DNA from: Octopus vulgaris
Taxonomy: Eukaryota
Direction: 5' to 3'
Assembly: GCA_951406725.2 (NCBI GenBank)
Contig: OX597816.1
Location: 169,074,001 to 169,138,000 of the forward strand
DNA: 64,000 bases
Shown here: positions 24,803 through 39,065 of the stretch, in pieces
Layout of the letters: every line of letters begins with the position of its first letter
Position numbering within the stretch: position 1 is the first letter of the stretch
The notes under the pieces: generated by a model
What the model saw: only the letters and a program-made list of their open reading frames with translations
Database searches by the model: none
Told to the model about the DNA's origin: nothing
Position numbers and translations under genes: made by a program

Positions 24803-25165
24803 GGTAAGGAGAGATGTACTGAATAACTTACACAGAAAATAATTCTCAATTAACTGAAACTTGTCATACAGTTGAAGAAAGAAAACCAAATCCTAGCAGT
24901 AGTTGTTAGCGACCGTCAAAGTAGGGTGAGATAATTTCAAGAAACTCAAATTAAATGTCCCAGAATTAACCTACGTAGTTCTGGGACAATCTGATCTTGT
25001 TGGTAGATAAGAGGCAGCTGCGGATATATTCAGTTTATTAAACCTCATCGGTGAATCAAAGCCAAGATCAAGTTTGTCTTGGCTCCCATGTATTTTGTTT
25101 TCTCTATATGTGAAGTATTTGTCGACTGACCAAGCAGGTTCAAGTTTGAGTATGCTTTGCCGACA

Positions 25166-25558
25166 TCTTTATATATAAAGAGAGGTTGTATGCTGTCTAT
25201 CTCCTACGATTTAGATTCCTAACTACTCCCACATTTTGCGGTGCAGTTTAACCAAAACCGGGTATCTTATAGTCGTGATTCATATCGAGCCCTTCTGGGT
25301 ATTAGCGCGCGTCTACGATGAGTCTACGATTTAAAAAAAAATTACCATCAATTTTTACCATTTTAATGCATTTTTGGCATATATTAGGGAAGTAACTCTC
25401 TAAAAATTTATTAAATCTCAGAACGTAAAAAGCTACAGTAACACCTCCCATCCTTTGTGGTTAGCCATATTGAGATGGCCATTATACTTTACATCTATAA
25501 AAATGCTTATATAGTTATTTTCCTTACAAATCCGAGCAACGCCGGGCGATACTGCTAG
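25166..25558 (+). mobile_element. Non-autonomous Helitron (variant interior)
   Basis: A|TCTTTATATATAAAG...hairpin...CTAG|T. Confidence 0.88.
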
Positions 25559-25743
25559 TATATAATATAATTGTTCGTAAGTTAAAATGTGTAGGATATT
25601 TAAAAAACTAGTTGTCACCTTTTCTGTCAATCAGTTTCCCTTCTAAGTATGTAAATTTACTTTTCTGAAATTAATTCCTAATATTTTGAAACCATAATCT
25701 TAAGCCACAATCATTGTCGAAGAAATGCTTATGAACCGAATGT

Positions 25744-25805
<62 letters not shown>

Positions 25806-26262
25806 TTATACACATATACACTCATAAACATTCATACATCTTTACTCCCATATAAACTTTTATATATATATATAGGAGGAATTCCTACCACGTTTCGTAG
25901 TTTGCTACCTCAACAGCTCCTTTATAGGATCCAGTGGCTAAAGACATCATAAGGAAGAACCACGTCTGATTTCGGCCCCTTCTCCTCTACCGTTTTCGAC
26001 GTGGCGCCCACCCTTTCGGAGGTGTCTTCAGTTCTGATGCTGAGTGTATTTCTTATCATATACATTTTTAAAATTATAGACGTTCACGCTTACAAACATA
26101 AACATATTTAAATCAGTCTAAGATCTATAAATATTCATATGTTTATTTTTGTCAAATATTTCCCTGGTAAGATTCTTACCTATAAACATGAATCTTTATA
26201 AATTTATTATATGTCGGAATTGAAACAATTGCAGGATTATAATATTTATATTTATATAAATA

Positions 26263-26657
26263 CTAGCAGTATCGCCCGGCGTTGCTCGGGTTTGTAAGGG
26301 AAATAACTATACAGCATTTTTAGAGAGTTATAGCAAAAAAATAGCAAAAAAAATGCATTAAAAATGGAAAAAATATGATGGTAAATTTTTTTTTAAATTG
26401 TTGACTCATCGTAGACATTTTTAGAGAGTTACTTCCCTTTAAAAAAATATGCATGAAAATGGAAAAAAATGATGGTAAATTATTTTTAAAATCGTAGACT
26501 CATCGTAGACGCGCGCTAATACCCAGAAGGGCTCGATATGAATCACGACTATAAGATACCCGGTTTTGGTTAAACTGCACCGCAAAATGTGGGAGTAGTT
26601 AGGAATCTAAATCGAAGGGGACAGACACTCACACAACTACAGTTTTATATATAAAGA
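26263..26657 (-). mobile_element. Non-autonomous Helitron
   Basis: Same termini on the reverse strand. Confidence 0.88.
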
Positions 26658-27054
26658 TTATAAACATACACACACATCCAATAAGTTGACCGTGCAAATT
26701 TATGTTCGTTACAAAGGCTGTGTTCGCTGCTGATAGTTAATTCGTACACAGCACGCCAGCGTTTCATGACTTCTCTAACTGTTTACTCAGTGGTAATCTA
26801 TATCAGTTTGACGAGATTTCGGCTTGTCATTCGGTGGTAGGGTGTCTCTGACTGACGAGGTGATGTCGAAATCACGTGATACAACAGTCCCGTCTGACCC
26901 TGCCGACTTAATTTGTGAAATTTAACACTACTGGTTTGGGGTTCGGTTCCACTGCATAGCACTTTGGGCAAGTGTCTTCTACTCTAATCCTGGACCGACC
27001 AATACCTTGTGAGGGAATTTGGTTGGTAGAAACTGTATGGAAGCCTCATATAAT

Positions 27055-27095
<41 letters not shown>

Positions 27096-27156
27096 CGAAT
27101 TTACATACTGAACACTTGGTGAAATTGATTAATTAATTAATTTTACCCTCAATTGT

Positions 27157-27235
<79 letters not shown>

Positions 27236-30200
27236 GGCAGTGCCCCAGCATGGCCACAGCTCGTGAGCTGAAACTAGATAAAAATAAAAAAAATATATAT
27301 ATATGTGTGTGTGCGAGTGTGTATCTTTGTGCTTGTTGCTCTCTGAGTGACAACCGGTGTTAGTTTGTTTATGTCCCCGTAACTTGGGGGTTCTTCAAAA
27401 GAGACCATATAAATACCAACATTTTTTAAAAAGCGTATTTTGGGGTTGATTTGCTCGACTAAACTTTTGAAAGTGGTATCCCATGACTGCAGTCCAATGA
27501 CTCTGTATGTGTGTGTGCGGGTGTTTTTACGCACATGCTCCTTAAGGGTCTTTTCATGAGCGGATGCAAAAATTTTTCACATAAATAAAATAAGCTACAA
27601 CATTCTTCAGTTTCCATGGTTTAAGGAACCAGAAATGTACTGAAAATTTTAGACAGAAGAGCTTCTGCTTAAGAGCACATTAAACGAAACATTTTTGCGG
27701 CATAATGAACTATTTTCGCAAAATTTTAGGTACATAAAAACAGATAATAAAATCTGAGTTTATGTATATCATAAAAACTGTTTATTCTATAATTCAAATG
27801 GAATTAATAGCATATTTTAATTATGTAGGAGACATTAAATAATATACTTTTATATACAACATAGCATAATATGTTCTCAAGAAATAATTTACGACCAAAT
27901 AGTACAAGATTATATTGTATCGGATCACTAGTTATAGGAGTGAAGGTGTTTGATTAAGAGGTGTGTGACTCACTGAAGCAGACGATAGATATAACTGGAT
28001 GTCATTCATTGGCCTTATGTCTTGTCACAAGAAATCAATACCTCGCCTGAAATAAATATCCTGAAGTGTTTATCCTAGAGGTGATATGAGAAATGACAGC
28101 AAATGAGGAAACTATTTCACCAATAATTATTTACGCCATAGAAAATTTTGGTGTAATACATTTCCTATTAGAATACATCAGTTCCATCTAAAGTGTACTT
28201 CAAACGTAGATCGAGTTTATGAATGATAGCTCAACCAGCTGGAAATAGCAGCAAAGTCAATGAATTCAATGGTGTAAATGGCAGAAGTACTCTGTAAGTG
28301 ACAAGTATTTCATAACTTTTCAGCGTAGAGACCAATTCGCTTTATGGGAAAAGTTACTTGCCATAGAATACTTCTATATCCAGTTTGGAATTCACTTTTC
28401 ATTTATTTTATACTATAGAAAGTTGAGTTGAAGAACGGTCAATGAACGTTTGTAAAATGCGTTCTTACAATTAACCGTTCACAAATCTGTTTTTCTGGAC
28501 AATGAACTTCAAGTGCAAACTGTAAAAGAGAGAGATGTCCAGTATTTATCTTTTCTGTTAGTAATTAATTCAGAATGTACATACTTTGAAAAGACCGAAT
28601 ATATTGCAGACTTCTCACAGGAATAAAGTTAGTGTCATATCATTCGAGGAGCTTTGTGAGGTCAATGAAGATCTAACCAGATGTTATGTTAGATATGGAG
28701 AGGCTGCTGACCTTGCTATGGATAGGAGAGCAATAGCAAAAGCGGATTTGGCAGTATTGAGTCCACGACATCTCTCATGTTGTGGACTAGTCCGTTTTGA
28801 AAAGAAGGACGTTGTTGAGAAAAGGATGAATTTCTGTGATTTGGGAACGGTTGAGAACAATGAAGATGTAGATATTTGCAGAAGCTGGTGGATAACAGAA
28901 TTCGTGAAGCACTTGATAAAAAAGCAACATCTAATTATGTTCCTTTTTGTACTGCGTTCAAATTCAAAACGTTGCCTTTCATTTAGATACCATATCATAA
29001 TGCACCAGGAAAGCGCTGATGGCAATGAAATCAACTGTTCATCTTCTCTTTAAAATGTATGCATTTGTGGTAAGGTTAAAAGATTGTATTTTCATAGTTT
29101 TCATTAACTGTGAAACAAATCTAAATAACTGTTTCCTAACATTATCTTCCTATGTCTTTGACTTTAATATCACAGAGCAGGTACACTAAAGCGACTTCAC
29201 TTCGCCTTTTTACGAGTAGGTGTAAGAGTTTTAAGGAAGACGAAAATGAACATCGCAACAGTTATATTAAGGACGTAACCTGGGTAAGTAAACTGAAATC
29301 TAGTCATTAGATTTGTTCGCTCGGAGCCTATCTTAAATTCTACGTGAAACTTGCAAGGTGAGGTGGACAAACTGATGTAATGCATTCCCGAGGCAAAAAA
29401 TACTAATAAACAAAATGTTTTCAAATTGTTTTCTTATCTTCTGTTTAATTTCCTATAACTTCCACAACAGTATTTACTCATATGAACTAACATACTACAT
29501 ATTATTTCCATCTACTCCTCTGTCTTTCATTATCTCTACTGCATCCTGTACTCTAGATTTCCTACAACAATCTTTGACCAATTATTATTTCCTCTCCTAA
29601 GACTGGAACTCACTGAGATTTCCTCTTTGCCCACATTTTACATATAAGCATCAATCTAATGCGGCTTATATTCATGTCAGCTAAGTTGATCACACCATTC
29701 TGAGAAGGCCTACAAAGAGTCAAAAGTGATGCTCTCCTCTAATTCTTTTAGTTGAAAAACGAATAAAATATGAAAATACGTCTTTATAAATATTGGATTT
29801 CTTTTAGCAAAACACAAGAATCAATAAAGTCAATAAATGCAATATCATAAGAGTTATATCAACATTACAGTTTCTTTACAATTAATCTCAATTGAGATGA
29901 AGAGACAAAGAACATGATATACTAAAACGTTAAAATCTTAGTGATTATTGGTCTACTTAGTTTCATTTTCAAACGTTGATGACAGTCCCTATATTTTGAA
30001 GAACGACTTTAAAGTCTTTTAATCAATACAAACACTAAGACAATTAATTGTTCTATACAATAATAAGTTGAAAATTATAAATGATTTTTAATTGAATTTT
30101 GAATTTTTAACAGCAACATGTAGGTATACTAATAATGTATATTTAAAATACTTTATAAATGCAAATGAAGAACGAATGATTGACAACAATTAATCAATGG

Positions 30201-30590
30201 TTTTATGCAGACACACTCCATTCATGTGGATGTTCCATCATAGTTGTCTGAATCGTATAAGTAGCACTTGAAACTTCACCATCACGTTCAGGTTAAAGCA
30301 AACAGTGGGGGAACATTTAAAATTAAAATCTGCTTGTTAATGAACCACTCATTAATTATACAATGATGAATCAACTTACAAGTTGTTCATCTAAGCAGAC
30401 TTATTCAACGAAAGTTGTTTCCTGCTCATGTCGATGAGATGCCTTTAGTAAATATGCTGATTGTTAGAGTTGATTTATAATCAACTCTACCAGTTACGAT
30501 ACCCAACCAGCTGTGAATGTGTATGTAGAGATTACACTGGTTTACTTAACGAGAAAAACGTCGTTGAAAGAGACTTAGCATCATACTTAC

Positions 30591-30806
30591 AAATGTAAGA
30601 CAGCACTTGCTTTCACTACAGACTGACACAATTGCCAGAAGTCCAAACATTAAGGCTGCACAACCTCCTGCAATGACCACATAAGCACCCAGTTCCACAA
30701 TACTGGGTTCCAATCGTTGAAGCTCATTCACTTTGGTGAAAGCTAGCGATGATGCATCGTCAAGAATAATCCAAAGTCCCAGACCAATACTAATGGCCCC
30801 AGAAAA
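30591..30806 (-). CDS. Tetraspanin, second coding exon (end of TM1, small extracellular loop, TM2, ESKCCL)
   Basis: Pyrimidine tract plus TAG acceptor, GTAAGT donor, 216 bp phase 0-0; FSGAISIGLGLWIILD...GAYVVIAGGCAALMFGLLAIVSVCSESKCCLTF. Confidence 0.9.
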
Positions 30807-30922
30807 CTAGAAAAGAAAGAATATGAATTAAATGATATGAAAATAAAATTAAAAAAAAACCCAAAAGGATCTTAGCAAAGCTATACAGAGTTAAACATTC
30901 TTTCTATAAAATAAAATAATCA

Positions 30923-30990
<68 letters not shown>

Positions 30991-30995
<5 letters not shown>

Positions 30996-31320
30996 TAAAT
31001 TAGAGATAAAATCACTATTAGGCAAATCAAACAGTGAAAAACATAAGCCAATCTTTTATTAAACTTTTAATACTTTTGATAAATAAAAGAATTAAAAAAA
31101 TTAATTAATTAATTAATTAATTAATAAAATAATATATAAATATAAAAATATACATACATATATATATATATTTGTATATATATATAAAATGTATAAGTTT
31201 AAATTATTTAAATAATTTTTTATTTTTAACTTTTATATTTTTAAATTCATTTTATGTATCGGCTTATGTTTTTCACTGTTTGATTTGCCTAATAGTGGTT
31301 TTATCTCTAATTTAATATAA
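30991..31320. repeat. AT-rich foldback just upstream of tetraspanin coding exon 2
   Basis: ~60-bp terminal arms TATATTAAATTAGAGATAAAA.CACTATTAGGCAAATCAAACAGTGAAAAACATAAGCC. Confidence 0.85.
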
Positions 31321-31402
31321 TATAATATAATATATTTATACTATAAAATTGGATTTAATCCTAAATCTAATTTTTCCCTGTAAGTTTGGATTTATTCCCT
31401 AA

Positions 31403-31471
<69 letters not shown>

Positions 31472-31619
31472 CTTCCATATAGCAAAGATGGGAGAACGCA
31501 TATGTTATATATCTTAACTTTAATTTGTGAAGATATATGTTGTTTCCACAGACGACTATCAAGCCTACCAAAAGCACTACTAGCCTTGCTGATTCTGTAT
31601 TGAATTTAATCATCAAGAC

Positions 31620-32990
31620 TAGCATTGCTCAAGGTACTTCCTAAATAAGTAAATTTAGGTACAGTCTCCAACCTTTGACCATTCACAGTTATAAAAGGTT
31701 CCACATATATCTTGGAGGGAGCGGTCTGGTACATTATAAAAGTTTTTTAGATTGATTGTTCGACCCAATGCTGCACATGCTGCAGAAATCGCATTCACCA
31801 TGTGCTGCATATTTTTCTGAGAATGTGCCAACAGGTCACAATCATCTGCGTACAGAAACTCAATAATGCAGAACTTTCGTTTTGGCACAGAGTCTTTTGA
31901 GATTGAACAGTTTTCCTGTTGTCCTATATCTTATATAGACCCCTGCATGAAATATTTAAAAGCTATTTGAAAGACTATTGCGAAATATATAGCAAACAGT
32001 GTATAAGAAGGAATGTCACCTTGCTCTACACTATTTTCTACAGAAATTGGATCTGAAAGGTGCCTCCAATATTAACTCTCACTTCCATCTTGTCATGAAA
32101 TTGTCTAAGCATTATCACAAATTTTTCAGGGCATCCTAGCTTTTTTAGGATCTCCCAAAGTGCAATTCTATTGATAAAATCAAACGCTTTTGTTAGGTCA
32201 ATGAAAACCTGGTATAAGTCCATATCCTGTTCGATGCACTTCTCTTGCAAATGTCTAGCCGAAAATATCATATCCATAGTACTCCTACTATCCCTAAACC
32301 CACATTGCGATTCTGGTAGAACCTCATCAGCAATGTGCAGAAGCAATCTATCCAGCATTACCCTACAGAGGACCTTTCCAGCAACAGCTAACAGACAGAT
32401 GCCGCGATAATTATCACAGACATCCTTTTCCACCTTTAGATTTATATAGAATCTCCATAGTTGCATCACACCAATCCGGAGGAACCGCTTCACTTTGCCA
32501 AAATCCTCTGAATCACATCTGCCAACATTGCTCAAAGATGATCACCACCATATTTATATATCTCTGCACCTAGTCCATCCATACCAGAGGCCTTTCCATT
32601 GTTCAATTTCCTGATTGCTGCTTTTATTTCAGCCATGTTTGGAACTTCTGCTATAACATGTTTTATTGGTCTCTCTCAAGAAAAGAGAGATCAACTTCAG
32701 TGGGTCTATTGGGCAACTCATCAAAATATACTTTCCATATCCCAACAGTATCTTTAGGATTTGTTAATAATTCTGTACCATCCTTGCTCCGAAGTGGCGC
32801 AACCTTTGATGAAACTGGTCCATAAACTTTTTTCAAGAGAGAGTAAAAAGGTTTGGAATTATTAGCATTTGAAGCTTCTTGGATTTCATCGCATCTATCA
32901 CTCCACCAATTTTTTCTGCATCATCCGTAGCTTCCTCTGCACAGTTGCTTTTACTGCTTTGAAATATGTAGCCACTGTTCTTTTCGTTGA
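31620..32990 (-). pseudogene. Degenerate RTE-clade LINE reverse transcriptase
   Basis: NYRGICLL, PESQCGFR, FIDLTKAFD and LYADDC in broken frames. Confidence 0.9.
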
Positions 32991-32999
32991 TATATACAT

Positions 33000-33335
33000 C
33001 GTGGCACTCCGTCGGGGGTTCCAGTTGATCCGATCAACAGAACAGACTGCTTGTGAAATTAATGTGCAACTGGCCGAGTACTCCACAAATACGTGTACCC
33101 TTAACGTAGTTCTCGGGGAGATTCAGGGTGACACAGAGTGTGACAAGGCTGCTCCTTTGAAATACAAGTACAGCAGAAACAGGAAGAAAGAGTGAGAGAA
33201 ATTTGTGATGGAAGAATACAGCAGGGTTCGCCACCACCCGCTGCCGGAGCCTCGTGGAGATTTAGGTGTTTTCACTCAATAAACACTCACAACACCCGCG
33301 AGTCCGCTGCCCTAACCACTGGGCCATTGTGCCTC
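33000..33335 (-). mobile_element. SINE, same family as 1397-1778
   Basis: Reverse-complement match to head and body, with an internal deletion. Confidence 0.85.
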
Positions 33336-34234
33336 TACACACACATACACACACACACATACACACACACGCACACATACACACACATATATGAGAGTAG
33401 CTTCCTTGTATTTCATAAAATTTCCCTCCTTTAAAATGTCCCTTTGATTGCTAAACGTTGTCTTGTAAACACTTTAAAATTAGGGGTTACAGCCAGCAAC
33501 ATTAACTAACACTACTATGTGACATAGACTTATAATTAAAATAACGGGATGTGGAGTATTTTTAATGATTTAAAGGTGGAAGGGCAACATCCATGACCTG
33601 TGCGCAGGGCCTCTGACACTTGATGGCAAAAAAGAGGGAGAAAAAACTGCTCAACTAGGTATCAAGTTATTATCTGACTAGGATCAGGTGTTGATGTTAA
33701 ATGGGCGATACATTCGGTGTACCATTCAGAAACATGTGCAATCTATACGACAAACTTCAACAAAATTTTCGTTACAAGACATAGATCGACCCAAACCTAT
33801 GGCAGAAGGCATCAACACAAAATGCCTTGCGGTGTGAGACTGAACATGGGACAGTGTAATCATATTAATCACGCGATCAAGCTAGCTCGCTGTGGCATAA
33901 TAAAATGTAATACAGTGTCAACAAGATGATAATTATCTTGACATTTTCCTTATTTCCTACTTATTGGAGCATTTAATGTTTATACATCTAAGACAGTACA
34001 TGATTCGAAAGGTCGTTGATCCGTTCCTTATCGGAATTGCTCTGTGTTTGTGACCAGAATATTTAACTCTTAAACGAGCCTGCCCACTTAAATATGAATG
34101 GATACTACTGGATATAAACATCTCGCTGTTCTTAGTGCCAACACCTAATACTTAACAAATGCTGTGCCGAGTTCAATCCTCGTGAGCTTGGAGAAGAGAT
34201 CAGAAAACAACTCAACATTCATAGCACTCAATAT

Positions 34235-34648
34235 TCTCTTTACTCTTTTACTTGTTTCAGTCATTTGACTGCGGCCATGCTGGAGCACCGCCTTTAGTCG
34301 AGCAAATCGATCCCCGGACTTATTCTTTGTAAGCCCAGTACTTATTCTATCGGTCTATTTTGCCGAACCGCTGAGTGACGGGGACGTAAACACACCAGCA
34401 TCGGTTGTCAAGCAATGCTAGGGGGACAAACACAGACACACAAACACACACACACACACATACATATATATATATACATATATACGACGGGCTTCTTTCA
34501 GTTTCCGTCTACCAAATCCGCTCACAAGGCATTGGTCGGCCCGGGGCTATAGCAGAAGACACTTGCCCAAGATGCCACGCAGTGGGACTGAACCCGGAAC
34601 CATGTGGCTGGTAAGCAAGCTACTTACCACACAGCCACTCCTGCACCT
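34235..34648 (-). mobile_element. SINE family A
   Basis: Full reverse-complement copy. Confidence 0.9.
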
Positions 34649-35843
34649 CTATGAATATTGGCCCTTCAGTGGTACCCTACAACCAACAAGGTCACGGGAC
34701 TCTGATAACGACGATGAGGTAATTTTTTGTGACATATCGTCATAAGCAGCAGTTTTACGTTGATAGTTGATGTTGGTTTTATGTTAGCATTGTCAGACTG
34801 TGTTGAAATCCATCATACTTTCCTAACTGGAAGTTTAAATTTAGGTTTACACGAGAAGTCTTCAATACGATTAGGTAATTATTAAATTCCATTTTTAGAA
34901 AATACTACGTAATTTGCTTCACAGGTTATAAATGTCTGGTATAGATTTCGCAACAGTACAGTGTATCGACAACATATTCTAAGATACTAGAGTAAATATT
35001 CTAATGCATTATTTCAGACTTCATAAATCTTATCAGTCAGAAACTGTTTATTCTGTGTTTGTTTTAACAATAATAATTTAGCTTTAGTCGCAACGGAACT
35101 TGTGAGTTTCAATTCTTACAAAGAAACAAGCCACATTCTTATCAAGATATAAACTATCAATTTTTATATAATCAAAAGCCATGCTGTCGGAAGCATGTTT
35201 TATTCTTCTCATTGAGTATTCTGTAAATCTTCTTTTAGAGAACTATCAATGTATATCTGCTACAGCAGTTGTAGACGGCTTTTGATATGATATCTGTCAT
35301 ATGCTGAAAGCAACTCAAATTGACTGTTTAGATCTTTTCTAATGGTGTTCAATCAATGACTAGGTTATTATTAAATTCATCTTTTTTGGAAAAAAATAAA
35401 GAATGTAACTTACTTCACGTTGTTACAAAATTAATCGAATACATGCTAGTTCGGTAAGTTCATTTGTACCATTGTAAAGAGAGTAAATTCGTATGTTTCG
35501 GTTCTTGCTTTTAATACGAGAGTGAAAGAAAAGAGGAAATGGTGATATTGCCTCTTGTCCAAGCGATAACACTACCTGTTTCAAAGCATTTCTCTTTCCC
35601 AGACGAGGACAAGACCCAATCAAAAACTTAAATTTTACACATCTCACAATCGGCAAACTAATCAAACCAGAACACACGGCCTCCCCATGTAAGAATAAGA
35701 TCCTGTGGAGGGAGACCCATTATACTGTAATATATTGTTTTGAGTTTATTTTAAGTCTAGCTTTTCAACTAATTGCGAATTTTAGAAACAGCGATTTATA
35801 TTTCTTTATACACAGTTGTAATTACATATCTAAAGTAATTACA

Positions 35844-36241
35844 TCTTTATATATAAAAGTGAAGTTGTGTGTCTGTCTCCTACGATTTAGATTCCTAACT
35901 ACTCCCACATTTTGCGGTGCAGTTTAACCAAAACCGGGTATCTTATAGTCGTGGCTCATATCAAGCCCTTCTGGGTATTAGCGCGCGTCTACGATGAGTC
36001 TATGATTAAAAAAAAAATTTACCATAATTTTTTTCCTTTTTAATGCATTTTTTCGCTATTATATAAGGGAAGTAACTCTCTAAAAATGTCTACGATGAGT
36101 CAATGATTTAAAAAAAAAATGACCATAATTTTTTTTCCATTTTTAATGCATTGTTTTGCTATTTCTTGGCTATAACTCTCTAAAAATGCTTATATAGTTA
36201 TTTCCCTTACAAACCCGAGCAACGCCGGGCGATACTGCTAG
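35844..36241 (+). mobile_element. Non-autonomous Helitron
   Basis: A|TC...CTAG|T with hairpin. Confidence 0.88.
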
Positions 36242-36878
36242 TGATACATAAAACAGAAATTTGAAGAAAGTTTCGAAAAAGAAAATGCTACCTTGGGTTA
36301 CTTATTCCGAAACAGCATTTTTTCTTTTTTTTTTCACATTTCGTTAGAATTTATCTGAATAATATTTCATAAAATGTATTTGTCCCCCACCACTGCTTGA
36401 CAACCGATGCTGGTGTGTTTTGCGGTCTAATATTTTGAAAACGCGGCTTTGTCAGATGGCAGCTAACTTCAATAAGGCCTCTACTTAAGTACTGAGCTAA
36501 CCTAAATACTCTTGAGTTAAATAACTGTAACCAACACATACCTTTACCAGTTTCTTCGGATTGCGAACTTCACTCAATCGAATACAGTTTGATATTTAAG
36601 AATAAATCTTAAATAAGGTTGGAAAGTTGATGTTAGATAGAAAGTTTAAAGTACATGTATTCATGAAATTATTAGCAATTCTTATAAATTGTTAGACAGT
36701 GATTGTCAATATTGACAATATCGACAATATTAATTGCACATAAATTGTCAATATTGACAGTTATCAGAAAAATGGTTTGAATTAGGATTTAATTTTTACG
36801 TGTCTATAAATGACACTTTAAAATGATAAAAGGCAAGAATGTCTTAGAAAACCAAACAATGAAAGTTAATGTACATAC

Positions 36879-36941
36879 CGCAATCAGCAAGTTGAAGAAG
36901 ATAATAAAGCGCTTCAGCAAGCAATGGACTCTGTCGTGCAT
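36879..36941 (-). CDS. Tetraspanin, first coding exon (MHDRVHCLLKRFIIFFNLLIA)
   Basis: 63-bp ATG exon ending at a GTATGT donor (phase 0); K..I.FFNLL TM1 motif; joins in frame to the exon at 30591-30806. Confidence 0.85.
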
Positions 36942-37493
36942 TTTCAGTTTGTTTAACAATCTATCAATAACTTGTGCTGTTCATTGATACCCAAGTCACC
37001 CGCTTGATCAATTAGTATCGATGAATAGGAACTGAAAATGTGAATAAAATCTCAAAGTAAGTATTGTCAGGATTTTGTATAAAACAAAATAAGAAAACAA
37101 AAATATCTTTTAAAAAATGACGATAAAACAACTAACCCTCACTCCACTCCACAAAATGCAGCAGAATAGTTTTGGATGATTCTAGCTATTTCATCCTCTT
37201 TATTTTTTTACACTATGTTTTTTTTTGTTTACAAATGTTTAAAGTATACTGTGATAGATATAAAGGTTTTCAATTGAAAGGAAGCCAAATAATATATACT
37301 TACGTATGTATATGTGCGCGAGTATTTATATATCAAACGTAAATATATATATATGTGCGTGTGCGCGCGTGTGTGTGCGTGCGTGTGTGTGTGTATGTGT
37401 GTGTGTGTGCGTGCGTGTGTGCGCGTATATGTGTGTGTGTGTGTGTGCGTGCGTGTGTGTGTGTGTGTATGTGTGTATGTGTGTGTGTGTAAT

Positions 37494-38317
37494 GTGAAGA
37501 AACAAAAGACCTGGTAATTCAATCCGCAAACATGACTACGATTAGAGACGTATTTAAAAGAACATGATTAAAAATATATAAATACACAGACATTAAAAAA
37601 AAAATCTATAAGTAAATGGATATATCAAAAATATATATGCGTATGGTAATAGATTTTAAAGAATCCTCTTCGGATGTAGACACAAAAACGTTAAAAATGT
37701 TAGAGAAAGACTGAAGTGGTGATGGAAACGAACTAAAAGATACGATGGGGAGCGAAGTTAAAATTCGGAATAGTTAAAGTTAGTTAAAGTAGGGCACCAA
37801 CGGCCGTTTCTGGGTGTTCATTGCGGAAAAAAAAATAAAGGGATAAAATACCCATTACTTGGCATTTCCTCCTTCTTCAGGGTAACGACTATTCGTCATT
37901 CGTCATTTCCAACATGGAAAACTCGTTACCCTGAAGAAGGAAGAATTGCCAAATAATGGGTATTACATCCCTTTATTTTTTCCCCCGCAATGGACTCCAA
38001 GAAACGACCGTTGGTACCCTACTTTAATTTTTATTAATTTTTAATTTCGCTCCTCATCGTATCCATCACCACTTCAGACTTTCTCCAATATTTTTACCTG
38101 TACACGCATGTTTTAACGTTTTTATGTCTACACCTGGAGATTGTTTAAAATCTATTACTTTACACAAATATATTTTTAATACATTCATTTGCTTATAAAT
38201 TTTAAAACATGTCTGTGTATTTATATATTTTTAATCTATCATGTACAATTCTCCTTCAAATCCGTTTCTAATCGGAGTCATGTTTGCGGATTGAATTACC
38301 AGATCTTTTGTTTCTTC
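37494..38317. repeat. ~820-bp imperfect foldback (Penelope-like)
   Basis: Arms are complementary end to end, e.g. GAAGAAACAAAAGA.CTGGTAATTCAATCCGCAAACATGA. Confidence 0.9.
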
Positions 38318-38393
38318 TAAAACCAAACCTCTATATTGTGAGAGAATTTCTAATACATCTTCTTGCTCAAAACAATTATATATATAATGCATG

Positions 38394-38645
<252 letters not shown>

Positions 38646-39065
38646 GTATATGCATTCGTCCTTATATACAGATATTTGTGTATGTGTGTATATATGTGTG
38701 TACACACACACACACATATATATATATACACACATACACACCGCTGAAAGACAGCCAGATAACACTGTAATTGAAATATAGTGTAGAAAATAGCAACACA
38801 AAAGATGCATTTAATAATGTGAGTAATCAAAAATGTTTTAGTAATAATTGATATTGATTTGTTTTGGACTTAAAAGGATAATCTTCGGTACATTTTAAGA
38901 GCTTTGAGTAGAAATAGCAATGTGATGACCGTTCTTTTCCAAAGTAAATGTGTGATGTTGGCGAAGTAAAATGGCTTTGAATGGAGGCTGAAATACGTTA
39001 CGGTCTCAGTTGGCAGAGGTTTTGCCTTTTGCTCAATGCCACGATTCCCTGTAATTATTTCCAAA

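Noticed and set aside
28586-29053. 155-aa ORF
   Set aside because: No recognisable motif; possibly a decayed transposon but unsupported.
29197-29292. Possible tetraspanin TM3 exon (FTYPGYVLNITVAMFIFVFLK)
   Set aside because: Has an acceptor, but no good in-phase donor and a poor fit to the TM3 pattern.
29430-29480. Minus-strand YCCG as tetraspanin large-loop exon
   Set aside because: No pyrimidine-rich acceptor and an in-frame stop within ten codons.
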